64,000 nt of DNA. Origin: an uncultured Clostridia bacterium (lineage in GTDB: Bacteria > Bacillota > Clostridia > Oscillospirales > Butyricicoccaceae). The notes beneath the pieces were generated by a model. That model did no database searches. It saw nothing but the letters and a program-made list of their open reading frames with translations, and was not told the origin of the DNA. The stretch lies in NCBI GenBank assembly GCA_910589115.1, contig CAJUSB010000001.1, positions 138,442-202,441 of the forward strand. Reading direction: 5' to 3'. A program made the translations under genes and the position numbers. Each line of letters opens with the position of its first letter. Position 1 is the stretch's first letter. Of the stretch, positions 62,565 through 64,000 are shown piece after piece.

Positions 62565-63620
62565 ATGAGAAAGAAAATTCTTGCGCTTCTGCTGGCCGGG
62601 CTCATGGTGATGAGCATGGCAGCCTGCGGCGGCAATGACAGCGGCAATGCAAACGATGGCAGCACAGGCAGCAATACCCCTGCGGCTGACAACGGCTCAT
62701 CCGCCGCTGATGACAGCACCTCGGATACGGCAACCGGCTCCTATACCATTGGTATTTGCCAGCTGATGGAGCACGAGGCACTGGATGCAGCAACCAAAGG
62801 CTTCCAGGATGCCCTGACAGATGCTCTTGGAGACAGCATTACCTATGAATATCAGAATGCACAGGGAGATGCTGCTACCTGCGCAACCATTATCAACGGC
62901 TTTGTATCCGGCGGCGTTGATTTGATCCTTGCGAATGCAACCCCGGCACTCCAGGCTGCGGCAGCAGGTACAAGCGAAATCCCGATCCTTGGTACCTCCG
63001 TAACAGAATACGGCGTCGCGCTGAGCATTGATGACTTTGATGGCACAGTCGGCGGCAATATCTCGGGCACCTCCGACCTGGCTCCCCTTGCGGAACAGGC
63101 TGCTATGATTAAGGAATGGCTGCCGGACGTACAGAATATTGGCCTGTTGTACTGCTCCGCCGAGCAGAACTCACAGTATCAGGTAGACGTTGTCAAGGCC
63201 GAGCTGGAAAAATTGGGCTGCAAGGCTACCTTGTATGCGTTCTCCGATTCTAATGATCTTTCTGCCGTCTGCACGACTGCTGCAAGCGAAAACGAGGTCC
63301 TTTATGTACCGACTGACAATACCGCCGCCAATAATACCGGCATTATTGACAACATCTGCCGTCCTGCAAAGGTTCCGGTTTTCTGCGGTGAAGAAGGCAT
63401 TGCACGCGGCTGCGGCGTTGCGACCCTGTCCATCAGCTACTATGACCTTGGCCGGACCACTGGTGAAATGGCTGTCAGCATTTTGAACGGAAAAGAAGAT
63501 ATTTCCGCTATGCCGATTGCATATACCACTGTCACCAAAAAGTATAATGCCGATATCTGTGAAGAACTTGGCATCACCGTTCCGGAAGGCTATGAAGCAA
63601 TCGAAACAGAAGAGGCATAA
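62565..63620 (+). CDS. ABC transporter substrate-binding lipoprotein (aromatic amino acid/TrpX-like)
   Basis: Lipobox MAAC; HEALD, NAQGD, GTSD and PTDN motifs. Confidence 0.88.
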   Translation: MRKKILALLLAGLMVMSMAACGGNDSGNANDGSTGSNTPAADNGSSAADDSTSDTATGSYTIGICQLMEHEALDAATKGFQDALTDALGDSITYEYQNAQGDAATCATIINGFVSGGVDLILANATPALQAAAAGTSEIPILGTSVTEYGVALSIDDFDGTVGGNISGTSDLAPLAEQAAMIKEWLPDVQNIGLLYCSAEQNSQYQVDVVKAELEKLGCKATLYAFSDSNDLSAVCTTAASENEVLYVPTDNTAANNTGIIDNICRPAKVPVFCGEEGIARGCGVATLSISYYDLGRTTGEMAVSILNGKEDISAMPIAYTTVTKKYNADICEELGITVPEGYEAIETEEA

Positions 63621-63637
63621 TTTCCTCTGAAAAACTC

Positions 63638-63678
63638 AAAAACAGCGAAAAAAGGTCTTCCATTTTTCGCTGTTTTTT
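63638..63678 (+). terminator. Terminator/stabiliser hairpin between the SBP and permease genes
   Basis: AAAAACAGCGAAAA / TTTTCGCTGTTTTT. Confidence 0.7.
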
Positions 63679-63725
63679 GTTATACTTATATTATCTTTGT
63701 GCATTTTTGTTTGGAGGGGTTCTTT

Positions 63726-64000
63726 TTGATTTCAACCATTCTCTCTCGTCTTGTCTCGCTGCCGGGCGCACTGCCCGGTGCCATATCGCAGGGCCTGATA
63801 TGGGGCATTATGGCGATCGGCGTGTACCTTACCTACCGCATTCTGGATATAGCCGATTTGACCGTTGACGGTTCGTTCTGCACCGGTGGCGCGGTCTGTA
63901 TCATGCTGATGCTGGCTGGATATAATGTATGGATATCCATGCTGGCGGCAACGGCTGCCGGGCTGATTACGGGACTGATGACAGGCATTTTCCATACGTT
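63726..64000 (+). CDS. ABC transporter permease (3' truncated by window edge)
   Basis: TTG after GGAGGGG; QGLIWGIMAIGVYLTYRILDIADLTVDGSF. Confidence 0.88.
   Translation, partial: MISTILSRLVSLPGALPGAISQGLIWGIMAIGVYLTYRILDIADLTVDGSFCTGGAVCIMLMLAGYNVWISMLAATAAGLITGLMTGIFHT

Overview
Core-chromosome segment of a spore-forming Clostridia bacterium; gene content and style suggest Oscillospirales, at roughly 50% GC. Left to right it carries: holA-rnmV-ECF S component; T-box(Leu)-controlled leuACDB; a YcxB-like/PAP2/Wzx/flavodoxin block, with the flavodoxin frameshifted twice; glgA; a complete F1Fo ATP synthase operon whose c subunit has a Na+-binding signature; dacF, coaX, a 3-gene putative sigK operon, ksgA, a G5/3D protein and hpf; an amidohydrolase plus fumarase alpha; the spoVB-mazG-HU-S4-yabPQ-divIC-S1 block; recJ-relA-dtd-hemZ; a non-canonical purine operon; GT4/CsaB cell-wall polymer genes split by an AT-richer islet with a WYL regulator; an HPr-like protein; and an ABC transporter. 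I saw no tRNA, rRNA, CRISPR array, prophage or transposase. The best leads are non-coding or unannotated: (1) a self-contained ~90-nt sRNA gene at 29845-29968; (2) a 34-codon leader ORF with alternative hairpins ahead of purE, where no known purine riboswitch is recognisable; (3) a PurF lacking its catalytic Cys and a split PurH; (4) six modular intergenic REP-like repeats, three with a conserved-loop hairpin; (5) a 63-bp MITE; (6) an unannotated 52-aa gene. Functions are assigned by motif recognition by eye; no searches were run.
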